A stretch of 64,000 nucleotides of DNA from the IMG/VR virus record IMGVR_UViG_2811995030_000001, positions 32,001 through 96,000 of that record, one strand, 5' to 3'. The notes under the pieces were generated by a model. The model was not told where the DNA came from and made no database searches. It saw only the letters and a list, made by a program, of their open reading frames with translations. The stretch's first letter is position 1; each line of letters opens with the position of its first letter. The stretch is from a virus. Lineage: Duplodnaviria > Caudoviricetes. This document shows positions 10,684 to 19,425 of the stretch, in pieces. Both the position numbers and the translations under genes were made by a program.

Positions 10684-10881
10684 CTATTCTTCAACAGGGT
10701 CAATGTTTTCATCAACTTTAAAAGTGATTGAAACAGTGTGCCCATTATATTTTTGTAGAGTTTTCTCTAAGTCATAAACTGTTTCGCCTTCATCCTTCTT
10801 ATCAATAAACGTAACTGTCATTTCCTCAACATCTAATACACCTGTGAGATTTGAACTCATAGTATCTTGATTCTTTGCCAA
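10684..10881 (-). CDS. yonK: YonK-like small protein
   Basis: 65 aa acidic protein directly upstream of yonJ. Confidence 0.7.
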   Translation of the reverse strand: MAKNQDTMSSNLTGVLDVEEMTVTFIDKKDEGETVYDLEKTLQKYNGHTVSITFKVDENIDPVEE

Positions 10882-10937
10882 TCTACATTCCTCCTATAAT
10901 CTCTATAAAACTACTATTTCACTTGATTATTATGTAT

Positions 10938-11588
10938 TTACCAAGAAAGTTGGTCAGCGTGATTTGCTAATTCTCCTCTAAAGTTAACTGTAAGATTACA
11001 AACTTTAGCATAATCCTGATTCTCAAAGTGTTCTAAATAAGGGAGAAACCCACTTTTCTTAGGATCAGGTAAATCACATTGCATTTCATGACCAATTACA
11101 ACAACCTTCACCGAATTATGTATACGAGTCAGCACCTTCTTAAGTTCTCCACGAGTGAAATTTTGTGCTTCATCAATGATTACTAATTTATTTCCGTCAA
11201 TATTTGTTCCACGAGCAAACACATGTGACATGGCTTTAACCCAAGTGTTACCATTCTTCATGTTTTCGATATTTTCTTCAGACTCAATTACTCTAGATGG
11301 GTCTTCATTAATTTTTAATAAAGCATCACGAAGAGGGACAGTGTACTTCAACTCTTTTGCCTCAACTGTGCCAGGGGTGAAACCAAGTGCTTTTTCTTCT
11401 ACAGGAGAGAATATGTATACCAATTCACGTTGCATAATACTTGCACAAGCAACTGCAATAGTTGTTTTACCAGTTCCTGCTTTAGCATTCACAAATGTAA
11501 TCTGATTATCAAAAATAGAATCAGCGTATTCTTGTTGCTCATTAGTTAGTTTTAATCCGAAGAACATATTATCCTTTGGTAGTGGCAC
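10938..11588 (-). CDS. phoH: PhoH-family ATPase
   Basis: AGTGKT, GFTPG, ARGTN, IIDEAQN motifs. Confidence 0.9.
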   Translation of the reverse strand: MPLPKDNMFFGLKLTNEQQEYADSIFDNQITFVNAKAGTGKTTIAVACASIMQRELVYIFSPVEEKALGFTPGTVEAKELKYTVPLRDALLKINEDPSRVIESEENIENMKNGNTWVKAMSHVFARGTNIDGNKLVIIDEAQNFTRGELKKVLTRIHNSVKVVVIGHEMQCDLPDPKKSGFLPYLEHFENQDYAKVCNLTVNFRGELANHADQLSW

Positions 11589-11618
11589 TTAATCACCTCT
11601 TATGTAATTTAAATTATT

Positions 11619-11860
11619 TAGATAAAGGAGAGGTCTTTGTCAGGACTAAGCCCACTAAACTTCACCTTATCTACGTATGTAGTTATCATTGTTCAAATTT
11701 TAAATAAGATAGTACAGCTTTCCCTATACTATCCGTGTTGATTGAATATTAAATACTAGTAGGTGGGGCAGCTCCGTAACTTATCCGTTCGGTTTCCCAC
11801 ATCTCCCTGATTTATCGAAGAGGGCGATAGAAGCCTTTCTATCCTCTACTAGTATTTAAT
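11619..11860 (-). ncRNA. Candidate structured RNA between the HU and phoH genes
   Basis: Perfect 15-bp inverted repeat (11748-11762/11846-11860) enclosing three GC-rich hairpins, plus two adjacent hairpins; strand inferred from flanking genes. Confidence 0.45.
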
Positions 11861-11982
11861 CTGGGCTATCTAGCCAATTCTTAAAATGTTACCGACTCAC
11901 ACAGAGTAATGTTAATGTGTCTTAATGTATCTTAATGACAACCTGAAATTTAAATGTGCTGTAATAGCAACTGGATTATAAT

Positions 11983-12261
11983 TTATTTACCTTTAACAGC
12001 TTCTTTAAGAGCTTTACCAGCTTTGAATTTTGGTGCTTTAGATGCTGGAATGTCAATTGCTTCCCCCGTAGAAGGATTATGACCTTTACGTGCTGCACGT
12101 TCAACTACTTCGAAGTTTCCAAATCCGATTAGTTTAACAGGTTGGCCTTCAACTAGAGCTTCTGTAATTGCTTCAAGTGTAGCTTCTACAACCTTACCTG
12201 CGTCCTTTTTAGTTAGTTCTGCTTTCTCTGCTACTACTGCAATTAAATCTGTTTTATTCAT
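11983..12261 (-). CDS. hup: HU histone-like DNA-binding protein (YonN-like)
   Basis: MNKTDLI...GFGNF...[13 protein letters not shown]...[10 protein letters not shown]. Confidence 0.96.
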   Translation of the reverse strand: MNKTDLIAVVAEKAELTKKDAGKVVEATLEAITEALVEGQPVKLIGFGNFEVVERAARKGHNPSTGEAIDIPASKAPKFKAGKALKEAVKGK

Positions 12262-12435
12262 ATGTAAATTCCTCCGATATATTTTATTTTATTTATATTT
12301 TGAAACTTATGTATAAAAGAAAAGGGGAGAGGGATGCAATCTCTGTACCGCATAAATTAGCTTGCTTCCTTTACAGTCGGTTAACTTTTTTTATGAAATG
12401 TCTATAAACGTTGATATAACAGCGTTTTGGGTGCT

Positions 12436-13173
12436 TTAGTTAGGTAAAGAGTTTTCTTTCTTCTTTTTTCTACGCTGTTTTGCATAAAGAACCTTTACTT
12501 TTTGAGTTCTTTTTTCTGCGCATTTTTTACATCGAAGATGATTACTACCTCTAGCTCTAAACATCTTAGGACAGTCTTCACACTTCCTAAGTCGCTTATT
12601 GATATTTTTCGCACAAGGGAGACATGTTCCTCTTCTGATTCTGTATTTAGTTAAATGCTCACCGCATATAGAGCAGAGCTTTTCAGAAAAGTCATCTATA
12701 GGTCTGAAAATAAAGTCTTCTTTCTTGTAGTTCCAAAATGTATGATTCTCTTTGAAGCTTTTCTTTATTTTTGTTTCTGAGTATCCCGACCACTGACAAG
12801 CATCTTTAATAGAAGCAAACGCTTTACCATTGTCTATACACATACATTTTACTGCATTTCTTTTATTTAAAGCTCCTAATACATCACCCCCTTCAATCAT
12901 ATTATAATAATCCTCACTTTTGACCGCATCGAGAAACTCAATCCACTCACTTTCTTTTTTGTTTAGTTCTTCTAGAGAATAGCTGTAGTCAACAATATCT
13001 CTATGAAAGTTTTCCTTTCCATATTTCTTTATAGAATTTGCTAAGTATGTACCACTTCCTAAATACGATCTCCATCTTGATCCTGTGTCGAACTTTTTCT
13101 GACCTATATATCTCTTGCCGTTAATTAGATTTGTAGTTATGTAGATAAATCCATAAGGGTTTTTAACTTTCAT
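12436..13173 (-). CDS. GIY-YIG homing endonuclease with C-terminal Zn ribbons
   Basis: GFIYITTNLINGKRYIGQ, YLGSG, YYN motifs; four CxxC pairs at the C-terminus. Confidence 0.88.
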   Translation of the reverse strand: MKVKNPYGFIYITTNLINGKRYIGQKKFDTGSRWRSYLGSGTYLANSIKKYGKENFHRDIVDYSYSLEELNKKESEWIEFLDAVKSEDYYNMIEGGDVLGALNKRNAVKCMCIDNGKAFASIKDACQWSGYSETKIKKSFKENHTFWNYKKEDFIFRPIDDFSEKLCSICGEHLTKYRIRRGTCLPCAKNINKRLRKCEDCPKMFRARGSNHLRCKKCAEKRTQKVKVLYAKQRRKKKKENSLPN

Positions 13174-15761
13174 AAATTAGAAACCCTCTTCTTTCTAGAG
13201 TGAATGGCATTATTTTGATCTTTGCTTTTCTTCCTTGCTAAGTTGGTGCACTTTGTGCATAAGGTTTGTCTTTGCATAACCTTCATTTCTCTTTTGCCAC
13301 AAGTAACACATTGAATTGTTCCTGCTGTATTCTTTTGGATATTCTCCACCAACTCATCTCCAAAACATTCCCAAAGAGTTTTCTTGTTGTTGACATTCTT
13401 CATTCCATAAAGATATTGCACTAGCACATCTGCTACATATGTAGGGTTATCTTCAATAGAGAGAAGTGTATCTCGAATTACTTGATAGATGTAAACTTTA
13501 TCTTGGTTAGTTTTGGTCGATACAGTTCCCATCATCCATTTCTTATTTCGATGCATCTCATTATATGTATTAACAATAACTTCATCAATTTTAATCTTTT
13601 TATCACTCATCAAATATGTATAATCAAACTTTCCAGCTACTTTAGTAAAATGAATACGTTGTGTAGGAATTATATCATCTAATCTATTCACTAAACTACT
13701 GTTCTTTGGCTCAACTCGTTTTTCTTCTTTATCTTTAGCATAAATGAAGAAATGAGGGGCTTTGCTTTTATTAAAATCATTAATCTTATCCTGAATCTTC
13801 TTAGGTACTTCAGGCATGAACAATGTTTTAGCATAGTCAATCACAAAGTTATTGAGACAGGTGAGCACCTTAACGATCTTCAAGCTTTCCTCATTAATCT
13901 CTGTAGTGCTGTTGAAAATCTTAGTGATTCTGTTACTGATGTCACCGATGTTGGCCTTATAAGCTAAGATAAGACTGTCATAAATCTTCTGATTATCAAT
14001 GATAGAAGGATCAGCCTTGGCCATTTCATAATACAAAGGCTTAACATCAAATTTCTCAATTACTCTCTCAGCAACTCTAATCAGTGTTTCATCCTTGACT
14101 ACAAGTAGCTTATCTCCATCATTATCAAATTGCAAAATCTTAGAAATAGGGTCAAATACACTTGTATACACTGCATTAGTGCAAAACCATTCAGCTTTCT
14201 TTTCATCGATTACATTAGTGCGTATAGAGTGCTCAATATACAAGTGAGGGCTTCTTAACAGGTCTAACTTACCTTCCCCATACAAGTTACAATATACTTC
14301 ACCGTTATTGAGCAAGCCTTTAGGATGCTTATCACCTTTAAACAAATATTCACAGAAAGCATAAAGGTCAGGGGAGACGAACGTATACTTCCCGTTAATG
14401 TTTAACTTTCCAGCTTTAGCCTGCTTAATTACAGAGGCTTTTTTATCCTTAATGGCCTGACGTGCATGAGCATCACTCAATAATTCAGGGTAGAGGGAGA
14501 GGGCTTGCTGAAAACTATTCTTTCTTGGATTAGCTTCATCAGCCCCTAAGATACGCAACATTACATCTTTGTCTTTGCCAATCTTCTGTATATCTTGAAT
14601 AGTATCATCTGCAATTGCTAATAATTCCTCATCTGACATAGTTAATGTCTGTAACATCTGATAATTAAGCTTAGCATCAGGAATCAAAGTTTCTTCTTCA
14701 TTTAGTTTTGCAGCCTGACAATTATGTAATTTAAAATTGTTTTTATACTCTTCCCAACTGGAGTAATACTTCCACATCTTAAACTGAGACTTTGTAAAGA
14801 TAACTTGAATATCCTCTTTGATGATGTCATGCTCTTTTCCGTAAATGTCTTTTACTAAGATTTGACCATTCTCATCTTTAAACTCATCAGCCTTAAAGTT
14901 AAAAGGGACGAGTAGGCCTTTAACCCAAGGAAGTCTACACATAAAGGCTTTCTTATTATTTCTGTTAGCAATAATCATTCCACAACCATCTGTATGTTCA
15001 ATTGGAATCTTCATATCTGTAGGTGTGATTTTGAATTCATTCTTTGTGTCAATATAATCTACAGTTGCTTCAACTTCAGTTTCCATATCAGGGACAACAA
15101 TTGTCTTATCAATATTGAAACCTCTCCACTGGTCTGTGGCCGAGTTCGTGAGGGCGAGGTACGCTAAAAATTTATTTGTATTACAACCACCTTTTGCGTT
15201 GATCGCCTCTAAACTCAATCCACACGTTAATGATTCTTTATGTTTTTCCCACACACTCTCTTTAAAAAATACACTTTTTTTCTGTCTAATCTGACCAGCA
15301 GATGAGCTGAAATAGCGATAAAGCTCACCTTTGTAAATAAAACCATTAAGGATGATGTCTTTTAACACCTTAAAGTAGTAGGATTGCACAATAACAATAT
15401 CATCCGTTACTGTATTGGGTTTAATTTTCAAAGTGCGACTTAAAGCACTGTCGAATAATCCGACCTTGTTTGTGTCTTTCATTGCGTCTTCTCTGAGATA
15501 ACGAATTTCCGTATTTTTCTCTAACTCCATCTTAAGAATACCTTTTAAACGCTTTAAACGTTTGCTGAGGAGCTTCTTAATTCTTTCTAACTGTTCAAGT
15601 TTATGTTTGCTTTGTTTCTTGTCTTCAGCTAACTTATTAATCTCAGCCTGTAGATGGTAAGTTTGCAACTGAAGTATATGTATATTATGTTCTCTGCCGT
15701 CACGATAAAAACCCGATGTATCTACTGAATGCACATAAAACTGTTTGCTTAAACTTTTCAA
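13170..15761 (-). CDS. yonO: Single-subunit DNA-dependent RNA polymerase, YonO-like
   Basis: 863 aa; HTDGCG, RLPWVKG, RSPHL and catalytic FDNDGD motifs; heads the late operon. Confidence 0.92.
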   Translation of the reverse strand: MKSLSKQFYVHSVDTSGFYRDGREHNIHILQLQTYHLQAEINKLAEDKKQSKHKLEQLERIKKLLSKRLKRLKGILKMELEKNTEIRYLREDAMKDTNKVGLFDSALSRTLKIKPNTVTDDIVIVQSYYFKVLKDIILNGFIYKGELYRYFSSSAGQIRQKKSVFFKESVWEKHKESLTCGLSLEAINAKGGCNTNKFLAYLALTNSATDQWRGFNIDKTIVVPDMETEVEATVDYIDTKNEFKITPTDMKIPIEHTDGCGMIIANRNNKKAFMCRLPWVKGLLVPFNFKADEFKDENGQILVKDIYGKEHDIIKEDIQVIFTKSQFKMWKYYSSWEEYKNNFKLHNCQAAKLNEEETLIPDAKLNYQMLQTLTMSDEELLAIADDTIQDIQKIGKDKDVMLRILGADEANPRKNSFQQALSLYPELLSDAHARQAIKDKKASVIKQAKAGKLNINGKYTFVSPDLYAFCEYLFKGDKHPKGLLNNGEVYCNLYGEGKLDLLRSPHLYIEHSIRTNVIDEKKAEWFCTNAVYTSVFDPISKILQFDNDGDKLLVVKDETLIRVAERVIEKFDVKPLYYEMAKADPSIIDNQKIYDSLILAYKANIGDISNRITKIFNSTTEINEESLKIVKVLTCLNNFVIDYAKTLFMPEVPKKIQDKINDFNKSKAPHFFIYAKDKEEKRVEPKNSSLVNRLDDIIPTQRIHFTKVAGKFDYTYLMSDKKIKIDEVIVNTYNEMHRNKKWMMGTVSTKTNQDKVYIYQVIRDTLLSIEDNPTYVADVLVQYLYGMKNVNNKKTLWECFGDELVENIQKNTAGTIQCVTCGKREMKVMQRQTLCTKCTNLARKKSKDQNNAIHSRKKRVSNL

Positions 15762-15805
15762 TTAACCACCTCTATGTATTTGATTTCGGTTATGTACTCT
15801 ATGTA

Positions 15806-16033
15806 TTAATTATGATATTCTTTCTTCATTGCTCTCTTGATTTTCTTATATGTATTATTCTTTCCTGCTTCTTCAACTTCTCCGTTATATGCGTACTTCT
15901 CATACCACTCTGTTTCTTCTTCAGTTGCTTCCTCGTAAGCCATTTTATCTTCAATGTATGCTACAATCTCTCCATCCGTAAAATCCAACTTAGCTTCCTC
16001 ATTATTCCCGAAATAAATCTTTACCTTTTTCAT
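15806..16033 (-). CDS. Small hypothetical protein at the YonP position
   Basis: 75 aa with AGGAG RBS upstream of yonO. Confidence 0.65.
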   Translation of the reverse strand: MKKVKIYFGNNEEAKLDFTDGEIVAYIEDKMAYEEATEEETEWYEKYAYNGEVEEAGKNNTYKKIKRAMKKEYHN

Positions 16034-16186
16034 ATATCAATCTCCTATTCTTATATTGTATTTTATTTTATTAGTTATGTATCACTTAAACTTTTATCTC
16101 CATAAGCTCTTTGAATATGTTTCTAACATTTCCTTTAAGGATCAATTCACCTCATCATTTCACTTCCCTTCACTTGGTATGATTTG

Positions 16187-16215
16187 ATTATATATTTTAT
16201 TTTTGTTGATGTAAA
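16187..16215 (-). promoter_or_regulatory. SigA-type promoter for the yonO operon
   Basis: TTTACA-17 bp-TATAAT on the minus strand; the spacer contains the AAATAAAATA motif. Confidence 0.65.
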
Positions 16216-16360
16216 GAGTTATTTTGAAAAATATTTAATTTTTTGGTAAAAAATTTGGAATAAGACAATTTCGTGACCGCTATATTTAAACTACAAGCCG
16301 AAAGAAACCGACTGCAAACCGATTCGATCAGCTTAGAATCCACTAAGGGAGAGATGCAGT

Positions 16361-16645
16361 TTGAACAATTATTTTAAGACTACAGTTAAGAAGCTAACTT
16401 ATGAGGATGTACAGATTATAGGGAAGTTATACGAATTGCAGGCCGACTCCACTCTGAGTGCAATCCGAAGACAGCAAATTGCAGACGAACTTGACCTATC
16501 CAAACACAAACTTTCTCTAAGTATTTACAGATTAATAGGAATGTCCTTAATCGAATTTGCCAACGGAACACAGAATACTCACCTTTATGTTACTGATTTT
16601 GGAATGAAAGTCATCGAAGATACATTACAAAGGGAGGAAATATAA
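16361..16645 (+). CDS. Winged-helix DNA-binding protein, TubR-like adaptor
   Basis: RQQIADELDLSKHKLSLSIYRL wHTH; stop overlaps the tubulin start. Confidence 0.65.
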   Translation: MNNYFKTTVKKLTYEDVQIIGKLYELQADSTLSAIRRQQIADELDLSKHKLSLSIYRLIGMSLIEFANGTQNTHLYVTDFGMKVIEDTLQREEI

Positions 16646-17775
16646 TGTTAAGTTTAGCTTTTATTGGATTAGGTGGAGCTGGTGGGAATGTTGCTGAAGA
16701 GGCGAAACGGTACGGTTATCATGTGGGAGCGATTAACTACTCACAAAGAGATTTAGATTCATTAGAAGGTATTGATCCTACATTTAAACTGAGAATATTG
16801 GGAACAGAAGGAGTTGGCCATAATAGAGACTTAGCAATTGAGTTATTTACGCAACATCATGCGCTAGTTATAGATTTCATTAACAAGAACTTTCAAACTA
16901 ATGATATTATCGCTATCCCTTTTGCCTGTGGAGGTGGGAGTGGAAGTGGTTTAGCCCCAATTATATGTGATGTGTTGAAGTCTTCTTATCCAGACAAAAC
17001 GATTATCGCTATGCCAATCTTACCTGATTTATCTGAATCCACTATAAGCCAATTAAACACTTTATATGTATTTGAAGAACTATCTAATCTTGATGTGGCC
17101 GTATTACCAATAGATAATCAACAGCAAAAAGCTCAATTTTCTTCTATAGGTAAAGATAAGCTTTACACAGAAACCAATCAAAAAGCCGTCTATTTACTTC
17201 ATAAGCTATTTAGCTATACAGAACAGCATTCAAAGAACGGAAACTTTGACAAAAGGGACTTTATGACATTGTTCAATAATAAGGGGATGACTCATATTAC
17301 AGAAATCAACCTAAGTAGCGAAAAGAGTGAAGGGGAGAATGTGACTCATGATTCTATAAGTAAGAAGATTAATAACTCCTTATGTAATGGAGTTTTCATA
17401 CCGCCTCAAAAGGAGCAAATTATCAATGGGGCATTAATATTTGAGGGAAATGAGCGACTTTTAAGCTTAATTAATCCTGAAAGTGTATTTAGTTATTACG
17501 ACAACGATGTAATTGACTTATTTGAGGGGAATTATAGTGGGAAGAATAATAATCTCATTATCGCAGCATCAGGATTATCTTGGTGTAAGGAGAGATTGAG
17601 TAAGATTGAGGACATGGCCGAAAAGAAGAAGGAGGTTATCGAAAAAGCATTCTCCAATGAAAATCAGCAAACTTACCAATCACGAACATCTGTAAGTGGC
17701 TTCATGTCCAAAATTCGTCAGCCTAAAAAGAAGGCGAACTCCATTTCAGACGTATTGAGTAAGTATAAAAGGTAA
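16645..17775 (+). CDS. tubZ: Tubulin/FtsZ-family GTPase, TubZ-like
   Basis: IGLGGAGGN, GVG, tubulin signature GGGSGSG, PIDN, T7-like NFDKRDF. Confidence 0.85.
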   Translation: MLSLAFIGLGGAGGNVAEEAKRYGYHVGAINYSQRDLDSLEGIDPTFKLRILGTEGVGHNRDLAIELFTQHHALVIDFINKNFQTNDIIAIPFACGGGSGSGLAPIICDVLKSSYPDKTIIAMPILPDLSESTISQLNTLYVFEELSNLDVAVLPIDNQQQKAQFSSIGKDKLYTETNQKAVYLLHKLFSYTEQHSKNGNFDKRDFMTLFNNKGMTHITEINLSSEKSEGENVTHDSISKKINNSLCNGVFIPPQKEQIINGALIFEGNERLLSLINPESVFSYYDNDVIDLFEGNYSGKNNNLIIAASGLSWCKERLSKIEDMAEKKKEVIEKAFSNENQQTYQSRTSVSGFMSKIRQPKKKANSISDVLSKYKR

Positions 17776-17926
17776 CTCGATCTTCTATTTTGATCTTCAG
17801 TTTTCATTACCCACTTCGTTACCGAACACAAAAAATTACGTTACCCATATCGTTACCGCCTACGTGGGTAATTACCTGAGCGTCAGGTAACTAAAAAACA
17901 GTAAGCGACAATTTTGGGTAACGTAA
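17771..17926. repeat. Cluster of GTTACC/GGTAAC motifs, candidate centromere (tubC-like)
   Basis: C(G/A)TTACC at 17805, 17817, 17839, 17851 (pairs 12 bp apart); inverted copies near 17771, 17867, 17886, 17917. Confidence 0.55.
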
Positions 17927-17957
17927 CTCCTCTTTATTCGGTGTCGGTGAGAGAGGG

Positions 17958-18119
17958 CTATATATTGAACCGAACAATATCTTTCTTGACTAAAGTTTTC
18001 AAGAGTTGTTTACATTGTTCGGAATTCAATCCTTCTTGCTCAAAAATCCAATCATCAATTTGAGCTAATTTGTAGTCGATTTCTCGATCATCTAAATCAG
18101 ATAAAAATGAAAATAACAT
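17958..18119 (-). CDS. Small hypothetical protein (53 aa)
   Basis: MLFSFLSDLDDREIDYKLAQIDDWIFEQEGLNSEQCKQLLKTLVKKDIVRFNI, preceded by GGAAAG. Confidence 0.5.
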   Translation of the reverse strand: MLFSFLSDLDDREIDYKLAQIDDWIFEQEGLNSEQCKQLLKTLVKKDIVRFNI

Positions 18120-18259
18120 CAGCGTCACTTTCCTTTAGGCTTAATTTTTTGACCATCTTTAATTGTTTGATCGATGAATTGATCTAAGTTGCTTTGTAAC
18201 ATAAGCATCAGCTCCTAAATATGTTAGGTATAGCATGTCCATAGAAAGGAGAGATATAC

Positions 18260-18682
18260 ATGCTTTCTGAATACAAATTGAAACTTGATGAGAAGCAAGC
18301 CGAAAAGATAAAGCGACTAACTGTATATGAGAATTTCAGGAGAGAGTTAATCAAGGGAGAAGAACTGATTGAAGAAGAAGACATAATTTATGCTGCCGTT
18401 AATTTTTACCTCAACTCGATTGAAACCTTCTATAAGATCAATACACTTGATGATAAAAAAGAAAGTAAAACATTTCTGAAGTTAAAGTTCAAAGACCTTC
18501 TTAAAGAAAGCAAAACGAAAATCCAACAAAAGGATATTGCGAAATTTATAGGAGTGGACACAGGGCACATAAGCCAAGTCTTAAACAATAAAACATTTCC
18601 ATCTCTAGATGTATTCTTAAAGCTATGGGTATTCTTTGGTAGTCCTCCTTTAGACAAGGTGATTGAATTGAAAAATAATTAA
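18260..18682 (+). CDS. XRE-family HTH transcriptional regulator
   Basis: C-terminal QKDIAKFIGVDTGHISQVLNNKTFPSL; AGGAGAG RBS. Confidence 0.8.
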   Translation: MLSEYKLKLDEKQAEKIKRLTVYENFRRELIKGEELIEEEDIIYAAVNFYLNSIETFYKINTLDDKKESKTFLKLKFKDLLKESKTKIQQKDIAKFIGVDTGHISQVLNNKTFPSLDVFLKLWVFFGSPPLDKVIELKNN

Positions 18683-18761
18683 TTTTTATTTTAAAAATTG
18701 TGTATCAAACAATTTGTACTCAACATAGGCTATATCATCAAAGAGAAAAGGAAGTGACAGC

Positions 18762-18941
18762 ATGGGAACAGCTCTTATAGGAGTTATGATTCTTAAGTTT
18801 GGCGCAGTGTTAGGGATAGGGGGAGGCATTATACAGGGAACAAATGCCTTCTACTCATTTAAACCGAAAGCATCTAAGAAGAAAGGAAGTGATAACCATG
18901 ACGACAGTAAAACTAAGCATCTCCTCGAAAAATTTGAATAG
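18762..18941 (+). CDS. Small single-pass membrane protein (59 aa), not in the ORF track
   Basis: MGTALIGVMILKFGAVLGIGGGIIQG...; AAGGAAG RBS. Confidence 0.55.
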   Translation: MGTALIGVMILKFGAVLGIGGGIIQGTNAFYSFKPKASKKKGSDNHDDSKTKHLLEKFE

Positions 18942-19425
18942 TCATGTGAACTATCACAAACCAAAGAAAACTTACGCAATAACAAATAATAATAAAGAAC
19001 AGACGAAGACGGATTTTTTAGAACAAACAAAGAAAAAGGGGGAGATAAATCAAAAACAAAAGGAAATTTTAAAGAAAATCGCAAAAATAACTCTCATGTC
19101 AGGGATGGTATTTCTAACTTCAACACATCCAACATTCGCAGCAGTAGCAGTTCCAGTAGCAACCGCTCAAGAAGTAGACATAATGAATATGGGAAAATAC
19201 TTAATCACAGCTACAACAGCATTGGGAGTAGTAGCAGCGATTATAGCTTACCAGTTTGCAGGAGGACTAAGAATCTTCAGAAAGGGAGAAGTAGCCAACA
19301 AATGGTCAACGGACATCAAGAAGGGATTCATTCAGATTCTAACTGCTCCGTTCCTGTTCGCTCTATTGCACGTAGTCGTTCAATACTTTCTAGGAGGATT
19401 CGATTGGTTCTCAATGATAAAGTAA
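18898..19425 (+). CDS. Membrane protein with pilin-like (TrbC/VirB2-like) architecture
   Basis: Basic N-terminus, signal-like segment ending PTFAA, two further TM helices; start moved to ATG 18898 after AGGAAG. Confidence 0.5.
   Translation: MTTVKLSISSKNLNSHVNYHKPKKTYAITNNNKEQTKTDFLEQTKKKGEINQKQKEILKKIAKITLMSGMVFLTSTHPTFAAVAVPVATAQEVDIMNMGKYLITATTALGVVAAIIAYQFAGGLRIFRKGEVANKWSTDIKKGFIQILTAPFLFALLHVVVQYFLGGFDWFSMIK

Noticed and set aside
11748-11860. tRNA gene
   Set aside because: Cloverleaf-like branching, but the closing stem is 15 bp and there are no canonical D/T loops; kept only as an ncRNA candidate.
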